64,000 bases of DNA, from positions 7,078 to 71,077 of the forward strand of contig CAJWXP010000007.1 in NCBI GenBank assembly GCA_913049785.1, written 5' to 3'. The notes under the pieces were generated by a model. That model searched no databases, was not told the origin of the DNA, and saw nothing but the letters and a program-made list of their open reading frames with translations. Shown here in pieces: positions 1 to 9,178 of this stretch; the stretch's first letter is position 1, and each line of letters starts with the position of its first letter. The DNA is from an uncultured Dehalococcoidia bacterium (GTDB lineage Bacteria > Chloroflexota > Dehalococcoidia > Lucifugimonadales > UBA1127). A program made the position numbers and the translations under genes.

Positions 1-1045
1 GGTGGATGGCGTACTTCACTCGCACGCCCCTGGCCTCAAGCAGGTCGGCAAGCTCCCGCACCTGGTGTTGAGCCTGAGCCACTGCCAGCCCGTAGCCAGG
101 CACGAAGATGACCGAGCGAGCGTAGGCCAGCATGACGGCGACATCCTCAGCAGATACGTTCTTGGCCGTCCTCGTCTCCACTGCGGCTGCACCGCCACCA
201 CCGCCTGGCGCGGCGCCGAACGCTCCGAAGACCACGTTGGCCAGGGAGCGGTTCATCGCCTTGGTCATGATCTGGGTGAGGATGAGGCCAGCAGCACCCA
301 CCAATGCGCCAGCGACGATGAGCACCAGGTTGCCGAGCGCGAAGCCTGCCGCCGCTGCCGCTACGCCGGAGTAGGAGTTCAGCAGCGATATGACCACAGG
401 CATGTCTGCGCCGCCGATGGGGATGACCAGTTGGATGCCCAGCAGCAGGCTTGTCCCGATGAGCACGTAGAACACAGGCTCGTTGAAGTCGACTGCGACC
501 AGGTAGATGACCATGCCCACGATGGCAGCGAACATTGCCCCACTGGCGATGTTCTGGAACGGGAAGGTGATGGGCCTGGTGGTCATGATCTCCTGCAGCT
601 TGCCGAACGCTATGAGGCTGCCGGTCAGGGTGACGAGGCCGATGAGGGTGCCAAGCATGATAGCGATCTCTTCGTGTTTGGCCACACTCAGACCGTCGTC
701 GGTGATGCGCACGAACTCAGAGATGGCAATGAGGGCGGACGCTCCGCCGCCAACGCCGTTGAAGATCGCTACCATCTGGGGCATGGCCGTCATCTTGATG
801 GTGCGCGCCATGACTGCCCCGATGACTGCACCAATGGCGATGCCCGCGGCTATCAACCCGTAGTTCAAGACTTCCAGATTGACCAGCGTGACCAGTACGG
901 CGATGAACATGGCTGCAGCAGCAAGTAGGTTGCCCTTCCGTGCCGTGGCAGGGGAACCCAGCAGCTTGATGCCCAGGATGAACATTGTAGCTGACGCCAG
1001 GTAGATGTACTGGATGAAGAGTTCGCGGTCTGTGAAGAGTTCCAT
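1..1045 (-). CDS. pntB: NAD(P) transhydrogenase subunit beta, C-terminus cut by window edge
   Basis: Absent from the ORF track because it has no stop in the window. My translation of the minus strand from ATG 1045-1043 gives MELFTDRELFIQYIYLASATMFILGIKLLGSPATARKGN. The same frame gives LVIPIGGADMPVVISLLNSYSGVAAAAAGF (about 430-341) and AYARSVIFVPGYGLAVAQAQHQVRELADLLEARGVRVKYAIH at the edge (dIII NADP(H) domain). The start overlaps the pntAB stop (TAATG). Track ORF 2..928 (+) is its antisense shadow. Confidence 0.85.
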   Translation of the reverse strand, partial: MELFTDRELFIQYIYLASATMFILGIKLLGSPATARKGNLLAAAAMFIAVLVTLVNLEVLNYGLIAAGIAIGAVIGAVMARTIKMTAMPQMVAIFNGVGGGASALIAISEFVRITDDGLSVAKHEEIAIMLGTLIGLVTLTGSLIAFGKLQEIMTTRPITFPFQNIASGAMFAAIVGMVIYLVAVDFNEPVFYVLIGTSLLLGIQLVIPIGGADMPVVISLLNSYSGVAAAAAGFALGNLVLIVAGALVGAAGLILTQIMTKAMNRSLANVVFGAFGAAPGGGGGAAAVETRTAKNVSAEDVAVMLAYARSVIFVPGYGLAVAQAQHQVRELADLLEARGVRVKYAIH

Positions 1046-1359
1046 TATTTCTCTCCACCCGGCCGGCGGCGGAACATCTGCAGCATCCGGTCAGTCACCA
1101 TAAACCCGCCGACGACATTGATCGTCGCGAGGATGAGCGCGGCGAACCCCAAGACCACGGCGGTCGTGGTGTCCTTGGGCCCAACAACCACCATTGCGCC
1201 AATGATCGTGATGCCGGAGATGGCGTTCGCGCCGGACATTAACGGCGTGTGGAGCGTGGGTGGCACCTTGGTGATGAGCTCAAACCCCACGAACACTGCC
1301 AGCACAAAGATGTACAGCGCAATGACCAGGGGCATTCCCAGAACCTCTGTATCCGCCAT
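1045..1359 (-). CDS. pntAB: NAD(P) transhydrogenase subunit alpha part 2 (membrane component)
   Basis: 104 aa and hydrophobic (about 3 TM segments). It has the motif TPLMSGANAISGITIIGA, lies between pntAA and pntB, and has aaggag upstream. Confidence 0.85.
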   Translation of the reverse strand: MADTEVLGMPLVIALYIFVLAVFVGFELITKVPPTLHTPLMSGANAISGITIIGAMVVVGPKDTTTAVVLGFAALILATINVVGGFMVTDRMLQMFRRRPGGEK

Positions 1360-1374
1360 CGTAGCTCCTTGCGG

Positions 1375-2529
1375 TTACTTCGCGGCCAGTAGCGCCAATG
1401 TTGGCTCGTGGACGACTTTGCCGTCGTACGTGATGCAGCAGCCCTTGGTAATGGTGTCGTCGAAGTCGAAGTGCAGCTCTCCATCGACGATGAGGTGTTG
1501 CAGCAGCGTCAGCATGTTGCGTGAATACAACTGGCTTGCGTGGACGGGCACCGTGCTCGGGATGTCCAGCGGGCCGTGGATAGTCACGCCGTATTCCACC
1601 ACCGTCTGGCCGGGCACAGTCAGCTCGCAGTTGCCGCCTGCTTCTGCCGCCATGTCCACGATGACCGCGCCGGGATGCATATCCTGCACCATCTCTTTGG
1701 TCACCAGGATGGGGGCATCGCGACCCGGGATGAGCGCCGTTGTGATGATGAAGTCGGATTCTTTGGCGTGGATATGGATGAGGTCCTGTTCCAGGTGTTG
1801 GGCCTCCTGGTTCATTTGCTTGGCGTAGCCGCCCTCGTCCTCTATCTCGTCGGTGTGAATCGCCTCTTCGATGAACGTTGCGCCAAGGCTCTCCACCTGC
1901 TCCTTCACGGCTGGCCGAACGTCAAAGGCTTTCACCACAGCTCCGAGCCTGCGCGCCGTAGCGATGGCCTGAAGCCCGGCAACACCTGCACCCAGGATGA
2001 GGCCCTTGGCTGGTGGCGTGGTCCCTGCGGCGGTGACCATCATTGGCAGGTAGATACCCAACGACTCTGCGGCGATGATGGCTGCTTTGTACCCGGCGAT
2101 AGAGCTCATAGAACTGAGAGCGTCCATGGATTGCGCCCGTGCGATGCGTGGGACGGCGTCCATGCTGAAGCTGGTGATGCCTTGATCGGCCAGTTCCTTT
2201 GCCTGTTCAGGGTTGAAGAGGGGTTGGAGGAAGGAGATGAGGACCGCGCCGGAGCGCATCATCGCGATTTCTGGTGATGGTTGGCCGCCGTTGGAGTCCG
2301 GGCGTTGTACTTTGACGACCACGCCTGCTGACGCAAAGAGGGTCTGGGCATCTGACGAGATTGTGGCCCCGGCGGCTGCGTAGGCATCGTCGAGGAAGAA
2401 CGCGTTCTCGCCGGCACCTGCCTGCACCAACACATCGATGCCAGCGGTGGTGAGCTTGTTTACGGATTCAGGCACAAGCGCCACACGACGCTCATTCGGC
2501 CGGATTTCCTTTGGGACGCCTACAATCAT
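1375..2529 (-). CDS. pntAA: NAD(P) transhydrogenase subunit alpha part 1 (alanine dehydrogenase/PNT fold)
   Basis: Track ORF 1375..2559 trimmed to ATG 2529 (MIVGVPKEIRPNERRVAL), which is preceded by gaggtgg. Rossmann motif ILGAGVAGLQAIATARRLGA. 384 aa. Confidence 0.85.
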   Translation of the reverse strand: MIVGVPKEIRPNERRVALVPESVNKLTTAGIDVLVQAGAGENAFFLDDAYAAAGATISSDAQTLFASAGVVVKVQRPDSNGGQPSPEIAMMRSGAVLISFLQPLFNPEQAKELADQGITSFSMDAVPRIARAQSMDALSSMSSIAGYKAAIIAAESLGIYLPMMVTAAGTTPPAKGLILGAGVAGLQAIATARRLGAVVKAFDVRPAVKEQVESLGATFIEEAIHTDEIEDEGGYAKQMNQEAQHLEQDLIHIHAKESDFIITTALIPGRDAPILVTKEMVQDMHPGAVIVDMAAEAGGNCELTVPGQTVVEYGVTIHGPLDIPSTVPVHASQLYSRNMLTLLQHLIVDGELHFDFDDTITKGCCITYDGKVVHEPTLALLAAK

Positions 2530-2703
2530 CAACCACCTCGCATGCATTACCGAACGCAAGGCATACCACGCCAGAACCGCCCCCCAGATAGCCTCAGTCT
2601 ACCACATGGCGTCACCGGAATTAACCCGAATTGCAGGAATGTAAGCTGCATTATTGCGGATTTCGTCTCGCATTTCACAGCAATGATAGTGAGGGCAACA
2701 TCG

Positions 2704-2732
2704 TTGACAGCGTAGCTACATCCCCGTACTCT
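2704..2732 (+). promoter_or_regulatory. Candidate sigma70-like promoter for the MFS-MOSC-VOC genes
   Basis: TTGACA (2704-2709), a 17-nt spacer, then TACTCT (2727-2732), about 110 nt upstream of ATG 2841. A 7-bp hairpin ATCCCGC-TGT-GCGGGAT follows at 2764-2780. Pattern match only. Confidence 0.2.
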
Positions 2733-2840
2733 GAGGGAGCTCCCAGGCATCCCATTCCTCTATATCCCGCTGTGCGGGATGGTCACTTGCGCAGGTATCT
2801 GCAGCGGCCACCCTCCCGACCAGTGCCAAGAAAGCGGTTG

Positions 2841-4139
2841 ATGCAGACCTCACCAGATAGACGAAAGCACCCTCGGATCTTCTACGGTTGGTACATTGTA
2901 GCTGCCAGTTTCACCAGCAACGTGTTTGTGTCCGGCGCTTACTGGCAAGGGTTCCAGGTATTCTTCCTCCCCATCCTTAATACATTTGGCTGGAGCCGCG
3001 CGGCCCTGTCCGGCGCTTTTTCCATGCGACAGATGGAAACTGGATTGTTTGCCCCTGTAATCGGGTTCATGGTAGATAAATACGGTCCCCGCCGGGTCAT
3101 CATGAGTTCTGGGTTTGTGCTGGGGCTGGGGATGATTCTTGTTTCGTTTACGTTCTCCGTCTGGAGTTTCTACCTCTTTTTCATGATCGCTTCGTTAGGT
3201 GCCAGCGGTACTTCACACGCCATAGGGTGGGCAGTGGCTATCTCGCGATGGTTCAGGCGTAAGAGAGGCATTGCGTTAGGGATAGGAATGTCAGGCCCCG
3301 TGCTGACTGGCCTGGTTCTCATCTTTGTGACGTATTTTGTAAACAATTACGGCTGGCGATCTACTGTAGCTGGGGCTGGAGTTGTTCTGTGGTTGACCGT
3401 TATTCCTTTGGCCATGTTCATTAGAGGGACTCCTGAATCCCAAGGACTGCTGCCGGATGGTGGCATTCTCAAGGAACACGACGATGAAATTAAAGGCGCT
3501 GGGACCTCCCAGTCCAAGCCTGCTGAGCCGGGATTTACCGTGAGTCAAGCGTTGCACTCACGTTCTTTTTGGATCGCTTCTCTTTTGTTTGCAGGGATGT
3601 TCTTTGGCACCAGCGCTATCCAGGTTCATCAGATACCCTATTTCCAAAGCGTTGGTTTCTCTACAGGGAAAGCTGCTTTAACGGTTTCATTGGTATTTGC
3701 TCTTAGTGGGATCGGCCGCATTGGGGCAGGGTATTTAGCCGACTATATCGATATCCGTTTCATCCTTGGCGGGATGGTTGGTTTTCATGTGATCGCCTGG
3801 ACATATTTGGCCACAGCAGGCGTAGATTCGTTACTGAGTGCGTTGCCATTCACAATTCTTTTTGGAATTCCTTTTGGAGCTATGGTGTCCATTAGGGCTG
3901 TGCTACTGGCGCAACTCTTTGGCACCCGGGCCCTGGGGTCCCTGTCTGGAATGCTGCAAGCAACTGCCCTGGCTTCAGGCGTGGTAGGCCCAGTGTTTAT
4001 GGGTTGGATTTTCGACGTCCGAGGAACCTACGATCTGGCCATCTGGGTATTCATCTTCGTCACGGCACTTGCAATACCGCTTGCGTTTATGGTGAAGCCA
4101 AGCGTAGCTGTGCAGACCGAGGTTGTAGCAAAACCCTAG
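2841..4139 (+). CDS. MFS transporter (oxalate/formate-antiporter-like)
   Basis: Track ORF 2631..4139 trimmed to ATG 2841 (MQTSPDRRKHPRIFYGWYIVAASF). 432 aa with about 12 hydrophobic segments and a central hydrophilic loop. Confidence 0.75.
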   Translation: MQTSPDRRKHPRIFYGWYIVAASFTSNVFVSGAYWQGFQVFFLPILNTFGWSRAALSGAFSMRQMETGLFAPVIGFMVDKYGPRRVIMSSGFVLGLGMILVSFTFSVWSFYLFFMIASLGASGTSHAIGWAVAISRWFRRKRGIALGIGMSGPVLTGLVLIFVTYFVNNYGWRSTVAGAGVVLWLTVIPLAMFIRGTPESQGLLPDGGILKEHDDEIKGAGTSQSKPAEPGFTVSQALHSRSFWIASLLFAGMFFGTSAIQVHQIPYFQSVGFSTGKAALTVSLVFALSGIGRIGAGYLADYIDIRFILGGMVGFHVIAWTYLATAGVDSLLSALPFTILFGIPFGAMVSIRAVLLAQLFGTRALGSLSGMLQATALASGVVGPVFMGWIFDVRGTYDLAIWVFIFVTALAIPLAFMVKPSVAVQTEVVAKP

Positions 4140-4180
4140 AACGCTCAGATTCGATATACTGCTTGCCAGGAGAGTGGATT

Positions 4181-4699
4181 GTGAACGGACGTGTGGTGCA
4201 GATAAATCGGAAGCCTGAGACCCCCGGCCAACATGGACTCCCCAAGCATCCTGTACAGACGATTCACGTCTCGCATCACGGGCTGGATGGCGACTTCAAT
4301 CGCTTCCGTCGTGATGTGAAGGCTGACGACCCCGGCAGAGCGGTGATGCTGTTGCCGCTGGAAACCATCCAGCAGTTGAACGACGAGGGCTGGCCGGTGA
4401 AGCCCGGCGACATGGGCGAGAACATCACCACTGAAGGTATCCCCTACGACGACTTCGTGATCGGCGCGCAGTACAAGCTGGGCGAGGCCATTATCCAGAT
4501 AGCTGAACCCTGCACCGCCTGCAAATACCTGGAGTCCCTTCCCTACGTGACAGAGACCAGGGGCGTGGAGTTCATCACGACTCTGACGCGTTTGGAGCGC
4601 GGGCTTCTGGTGAACCGCCGGGGATGGTACGCCGCCGTGGTGGAAGAGGGAACCATATTCCAGGGCGATGCTATAGAACTCTTGCCCGCCTCTGCATAA
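4181..4699 (+). CDS. MOSC domain protein (YiiM-like)
   Basis: Track ORF 4004..4699 overlaps the MFS gene, so I trimmed it to GTG 4181, which is preceded by ggagag. The segments GDMGENITTEGIPYDDF and IAEPCTACKYL fit the MOSC beta-barrel with its conserved Cys. 172 aa. Confidence 0.65.
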   Translation: MNGRVVQINRKPETPGQHGLPKHPVQTIHVSHHGLDGDFNRFRRDVKADDPGRAVMLLPLETIQQLNDEGWPVKPGDMGENITTEGIPYDDFVIGAQYKLGEAIIQIAEPCTACKYLESLPYVTETRGVEFITTLTRLERGLLVNRRGWYAAVVEEGTIFQGDAIELLPASA

Positions 4700-4793
4700 C
4701 CTTCTTGACCGCGCGTAACCACAGCGACATAATCCCGCATCATCGGCAGGGTCACTTGTGTTGGCATAGGGGAGAGGTAAGAGGAGGAGCAGC

Positions 4794-5297
4794 ATGGGTA
4801 GTGGATTTACCATCGGCAGAGTCGGCCACATCGGCGTTCAAGTAACAGACATGGACCGGTCCCTGGAGTTCTACACGGAGACCCTAGGCCTCACGCTGAC
4901 GGGCAGGTGGCCCATGGGCGAAGAGGGTGCGATGGCCTTCCTCAGGTTCACGGACATGCACCACGACATCGTGTTGTTCACCCACCCGAAGCACGAAGAG
5001 GATACGAACAGACACATCGGCTATAAGGGCTTGCAACACATCGCCATGGAAGTGGAGAATCGCGATGAGTGGTTGAAGGCTCTGGCGGATCTTAAGCGCA
5101 AAGGCGTTGAGATAGTGAGTGGCCCGCTGGTGCACGGCCCCGAGAGCCAGCCGTGGAACATCGGCGGCAGCGGCACGCGGTCTTTCTACTTCCTTGACCC
5201 GGACGGCAACAGCTTGGAGCTCTACTGCGACATGATGAAGGTGCCTGACGGTGAGCAGTTCCCGCGACAGGAGTATCAAGACGTGTTCAAGGACTAG
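4794..5297 (+). CDS. VOC family protein (glyoxalase/extradiol-dioxygenase fold)
   Basis: 167 aa. GHIGVQVTDMDRSLEFYTETLGLTLTG and LQHIAMEV match the paired beta-alpha-beta-beta-beta pattern. Strong SD gaggagga. Confidence 0.75.
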   Translation: MGSGFTIGRVGHIGVQVTDMDRSLEFYTETLGLTLTGRWPMGEEGAMAFLRFTDMHHDIVLFTHPKHEEDTNRHIGYKGLQHIAMEVENRDEWLKALADLKRKGVEIVSGPLVHGPESQPWNIGGSGTRSFYFLDPDGNSLELYCDMMKVPDGEQFPRQEYQDVFKD

Positions 5298-5367
5298 ATA
5301 CCAGGACACTGAAAGAAGACTCCCTTCTATATAATCGGGGGGGGTCTTTGTATTATCAGCCACAAAG

Positions 5368-5405
5368 AAGAAGCCCAGCTCCGAATTACCGGAGCGGGGC
5401 TTCTT
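5368..5405. terminator. Bidirectional hairpin between convergent VOC and S1 genes
   Basis: AAGAAGCCCAGCTCCG-aattac-CGGAGCGGGGCTTCTT: 16-nt arms with one mismatch. Confidence 0.5.
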
Positions 5406-5426
5406 GGATTCCTTAGCTACTTAGGT

Positions 5427-7205
5427 CTACTTCTTAACGGCCTTAATGTTCTCCATGTGGGTCCACGTACCGGTGATAGCCCCCGGCCAGACCCAATCCG
5501 AAACAAACTTGGAGTTGATTACTGCTTCGGCTGGGAGCCAGAAGAGCGGGATGCCAATGAACTCGTCAAAGAAGATGTCACCCATCCGTCGCGCCAGTGC
5601 ATCAGCCTTTACAGGATCAAGGGTCTGAATGAACTCGCCCATGATCTTGCTGCTTTCAAGGATCTCCACACCGCCGCCCCGTGGCGGGAAGGAGGTGTTG
5701 TATACCTTGGGGCCGATGGTGATGTTGGAGCTGGTGCCACCCATGGCGATTTCCCGGGTGTACTCAAAGGCACGGCCCTTGGCCCTGCGGATGGCGTTGT
5801 CCTGTGTGTACTGGTTGACTTTCACACCAATGTCTCTCCAGTAGCCGGCCAGGACCTCCATGATGTCATCGGCGCTGGCGTACCGGGAGATGGGCGCCAC
5901 TTGGACGTCAATCTCCAATGGGTTGCCGGAGTTGTAACCAGCCTCTTCAAGGAGGGCCTTAGCAGCGTTTGTGTCAAACCCATACTTGCTCTCAAACTCA
6001 GCTTCCCAACGAGGGTTCCAGCCTAAGCGTCCAGGATTGAGGTGGTTTACCTGCATAAGTGAACCCTTGCCGCCAAAGAAGGCCGAGTTGACCTCGTCCC
6101 TGTTGATGGCCTGGTTTAGGGCCTGCCGAACGCGCACATCCAGGAAGGGGCTGCCGTTGTCCTGGTAACCGTTGGATGTTGCGTGGGATTCCAGCTCGTA
6201 CTGGCCCCGGAACTGGGCGAAGGCGCGCAGAGCCGTCACGTTCCCGGTGGCCACCTTAAACCCAGCCTTCACAGCTTCTACAAGCTGGTCCTCAGGCAGG
6301 TTGGTGATGTGGATCTCCTCCGTCAGGAGGCCAGCCTGGCGGGTTGATGCCTCATTGATGAACTTGATCTCAAGTTCCTGGAAGTCCGGGGTAATGCGCC
6401 AGTGGTCCGGCGTCCTCTCAAAGACGATGTTCTGGGATTGGGCGCGTTCCAGGTACTGGTATGAGCCAGTGCCCACTATCGGCTCGTCCTGGCCTATGAC
6501 CACCGGGTCTCCCGCGGACTCCAAGTGTTTCTTAGAGATGATCTCCATGCCGCCCTGATGACGGGCGGTCTGGGCAAAGAAGTTGCTGTTGTTTTGGGAG
6601 AGCTTGATGATCACCTCGTGGTCGTTCACTGCTATAGCTTCCGGGGTGACGTTGATGAAGTAAATCACTTCACCGTGGAGGGAGTCCTCCCGCTGGTGGT
6701 TTTTAAGGGTGAAGACCACGTCGGCGGCGGTGAACTCACCCCAGCCCTTCTGGAACTGGATGCCTTCCCTGAGCTTGAAGCGGACCTGAGGCCCGTCCTC
6801 TACGGCCCATTCCAAGGCCAAGCCAGGGAGCATCTCGCCGGTTACTGGATCCATGTCAATCAGGTACTCGTAGATAGGCTTCATCTGCCACATGGTGGTT
6901 TGGCCGATGTGCCTGGTCTCATTACCCTCCAAGCTGGGGGCCTCAAAGGCCGTTACCACGCGCTTGATCAGCGGCTCCATGGCTGCCGGGACAGCGGTTG
7001 CTGCTGCAGGTGCGGACGTGGGTGCTGCTGCAGGTGCGGACGTGGGTGCTGCAGCAGCAGCTGCTGCAGGAACTGACGTGGCTGGGGCTGCTGAGCCCGA
7101 ATCCACATCGTCATCGCCGCTGGAACAGGCTACTGAAAGCATCGCGGTGACTACCGCTAAAACTGCTATCAGTAGCAGTTTGCTTAACTTAGTTTGACTG
7201 AACAT
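5427..7205 (-). CDS. ABC transporter substrate-binding lipoprotein, family 5 (S1)
   Basis: Track ORF trimmed to ATG 7205 (MFSQTKLSKLLLIAVLAVVTAMLSVACSS), with aaggagg SD. It has a lipobox Cys, then the Ala/Pro/Thr/Ser linker APATSVPAAAAAAAPTSAPAAAPTSAPAAATAVPAA, then an SBP_bac_5-like body. 592 aa. Confidence 0.8.
   Translation of the reverse strand: MFSQTKLSKLLLIAVLAVVTAMLSVACSSGDDDVDSGSAAPATSVPAAAAAAAPTSAPAAAPTSAPAAATAVPAAMEPLIKRVVTAFEAPSLEGNETRHIGQTTMWQMKPIYEYLIDMDPVTGEMLPGLALEWAVEDGPQVRFKLREGIQFQKGWGEFTAADVVFTLKNHQREDSLHGEVIYFINVTPEAIAVNDHEVIIKLSQNNSNFFAQTARHQGGMEIISKKHLESAGDPVVIGQDEPIVGTGSYQYLERAQSQNIVFERTPDHWRITPDFQELEIKFINEASTRQAGLLTEEIHITNLPEDQLVEAVKAGFKVATGNVTALRAFAQFRGQYELESHATSNGYQDNGSPFLDVRVRQALNQAINRDEVNSAFFGGKGSLMQVNHLNPGRLGWNPRWEAEFESKYGFDTNAAKALLEEAGYNSGNPLEIDVQVAPISRYASADDIMEVLAGYWRDIGVKVNQYTQDNAIRRAKGRAFEYTREIAMGGTSSNITIGPKVYNTSFPPRGGGVEILESSKIMGEFIQTLDPVKADALARRMGDIFFDEFIGIPLFWLPAEAVINSKFVSDWVWPGAITGTWTHMENIKAVKK
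7000..7047. repeat. Perfect 24-bp tandem duplication inside the S1 linker
   Basis: gctgctgcaggtgcggacgtgggt occurs at 7000-7023 and again at 7024-7047. It is in frame and encodes the repeated PTSAPAAA unit on the minus strand. A degenerate third unit follows. Confidence 0.9.
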
Positions 7206-7250
7206 AGGACACCCTCCTTTTTCTCTCCCCTCGGAGTTCGGCAACACACA

Positions 7251-7278
7251 CTATTATGTCTTTTAACGAGATTGTCAA
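7251..7278 (-). promoter_or_regulatory. Candidate promoter for S1
   Basis: On the minus strand: TTGACA (7278-7273), a 16-nt spacer, then TAATAG (7256-7251), about 45 nt upstream of ATG 7205. Pattern match only. Confidence 0.25.
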
Positions 7279-7388
7279 CGGTCGTTCGGCTCATAGATAC
7301 GAAATTATTCTGGATTCGGGTAAAATTAGATGCCGGGTTAATGATGATAGGTGCGGGATCTGGTGCGTGAATTGTGCGCGGGTGCCCC

Positions 7389-8525
7389 TTACCAGAGCTG
7401 TTCTGATGCCAGTCGAGCGCCCTCTGCCAACGACTGGATCTTGGCCCAAACGATCTCAGGCTCAACGGTGTGCGTAGCGCTGGCGAAGGTGCCGAAGCCG
7501 CAGTCACTACCCGCTATCACGCGCTCCTTGCCCACAACCTCTGCGTATCGCACGATGCGCTGCGATACTACTTCTGGGTGCTCAATGTAGTTGGTGGTGG
7601 AGTCAATGACGCCGGGGATGATGACCATATCGTCCGGGAGTCTGATGTCCTGGAACACGTTCCACTCATGCTCGTGGCGCGGATTAGCCCCTTCGAAAGA
7701 GATGGCGCCTACCTTGGCCTTCAACACGGCTGGTAGGATGTCTCGCAGCGGTATGTCCCTATGGTGTGGCCCCTCGTAGTTCCCCCAGCAGAGATGGATA
7801 CGTACCTGCTCAGCGGGGATGTTCTGCAACGAGTGGTTCAGGGCTTCAATGTTGCCTTCAGCGATCTTCACGAACTCCTCAGTGGTCAGGTCTGGGAAGC
7901 GCAGGTGCCTACCCATCGCCAGATCAGGGCAATCGAGCTGCAACAGGAACCCAGCCTGGGTGATCGCTTCAAACTCGTCCTTCATCACGTCGGCCAGCGT
8001 CGCCAGATACTCGTCACGCGTTGGGTAGTACTGGTTCTGCAGGAAGTGGGCGATGACCCCCGGCGATGCAGCGGTCATGAAGGCCTCTTCGGACGGGTTT
8101 GCGGACACGGCGGCACGAAGAGTATCGATGTCCGTCTGAACGGCGGACTTGTCCTTCCATGCGATAGGGCCGTTGCACGATGGCCTTGCTACGCCTGGCG
8201 ACCGTTGTTGACGGGCCAGCGCATCCGGAAAGTCAGCCCAATCTGCGCGGATGCTCACACCAGCCTCGCCGTCAAAGCCAGTGAGCCGGTCCTTCACGTA
8301 CGTTGAGTAGCCTATCTTGCCCTGCTCGCCGTCACTGACGATGTCCACGCCAGCTTCCACCTGCTGCCGCACGATCTCCGCCACAGCGCTCTTCACGCTG
8401 GAGTCAAAGCCGCTGAGATCGGTCAGGGTCCCGGCTTCCTTGCTGTTCAGGAGTTCAACGATCCCCAACGGTCGTGGCAGGCTGCCAGTGTGGGTTGTCA
8501 GAATACGTGACGTGCTGCGCTTCAT
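7389..8525 (-). CDS. Cobalamin-independent methionine synthase (MetE C-terminal domain)-like methyltransferase
   Basis: Trimmed to ATG 8525, with aaggag SD. It carries TTHTGSLPRP plus the zinc-ligand-like motifs IHLCWGN (His-x-Cys) and GSDCGF. 378 aa. The substrate cannot be assigned. Confidence 0.7.
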   Translation of the reverse strand: MKRSTSRILTTHTGSLPRPLGIVELLNSKEAGTLTDLSGFDSSVKSAVAEIVRQQVEAGVDIVSDGEQGKIGYSTYVKDRLTGFDGEAGVSIRADWADFPDALARQQRSPGVARPSCNGPIAWKDKSAVQTDIDTLRAAVSANPSEEAFMTAASPGVIAHFLQNQYYPTRDEYLATLADVMKDEFEAITQAGFLLQLDCPDLAMGRHLRFPDLTTEEFVKIAEGNIEALNHSLQNIPAEQVRIHLCWGNYEGPHHRDIPLRDILPAVLKAKVGAISFEGANPRHEHEWNVFQDIRLPDDMVIIPGVIDSTTNYIEHPEVVSQRIVRYAEVVGKERVIAGSDCGFGTFASATHTVEPEIVWAKIQSLAEGARLASEQLW

Positions 8526-8610
8526 GGGGCTCCTTTGCAACGGGCATTTTTATCGGGTTGAATATAGACTGTTGGGAGTCAGAACACCAGCGTACGCAAG
8601 GAGACCACAA

Positions 8611-9087
8611 ATGGCTGACCAGACCCCTCAGGAATCCGCTGCGCTTTACCGTACAACCACGACTCATGCGCTGAGTATCCTCAACGGTGTGCAGCTTCAC
8701 CAGCTTGATGACCCTACTCCCTGCTCAGAGTGGAATGTGCGAGACCTCATCATGCATTGCATCGGCGGGTAACAGTTTTCTGGTGGGATGCTGGCGGGGA
8801 AACCAACGGGCATCGAGTTTGGAGGCATCGCCACGATATCCGGCGCAGAGTTCCTGTTCACCGAATTCATGGACCAACTCGTTCATAGTTGGGACCTGGC
8901 GATCGCAACGGATCAGGACGCTACACTGGAACCCGCCCTCGCCGAAGCGGCGCACACGCTGTTCCAATCCGGAGGGTTGTTCGGGCCGGGCGGGATAGGC
9001 GAGGCCATCGAGGTTCCGGAGACTGCCAGCAGCCAGGACAGACTCCTCGCTGCGGTGGGCCGCAACCCTGGCCATCCCATCGCCTAA
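8611..9087 (+). pseudogene. DinB/mycothiol-maleylpyruvate-isomerase N-terminal-like protein interrupted by an in-frame TAA
   Basis: ATG 8611 follows aaggag. Track ORFs 8317..8772 and 8788..9087 are in the same frame, separated only by TAA at 8770-8772 (..DLIMHCIGG*QFSGGMLAGKPTG..). Both halves read as one about 158-aa DinB-like protein (PTPCSEWNVRDL .. LVHSWDLA). Confidence 0.6.
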
Positions 9088-9178
9088 CAAAAAGAAAGGG
9101 CCTCCATTGGAGACCCCTTCTCTTCATGCTCTGGTATATGGGTTAGATTGCTCTCTTCATGCATCGATGGCGGAGATG

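Noticed and set aside
2-928. Longest ORF at the left edge (308 aa, + strand).
   Set aside because: It lies antisense to a clean PntB reading frame that I translated by hand. Its sequence is Asp/His/Gly/Arg-rich nonsense, typical of shadow ORFs in GC-rich DNA.
1118-2277. Plus-strand ORFs 1118..1828 (236 aa) and 1540..2277 (245 aa).
   Set aside because: They are antisense shadows of pntAB and pntAA. They have no SD, and their composition is low-complexity and Ser/Thr/Arg-rich.
4145-4831. Minus-strand ORF of 228 aa.
   Set aside because: It lies antisense to the MOSC gene, which has recognisable motifs and a plausible start.
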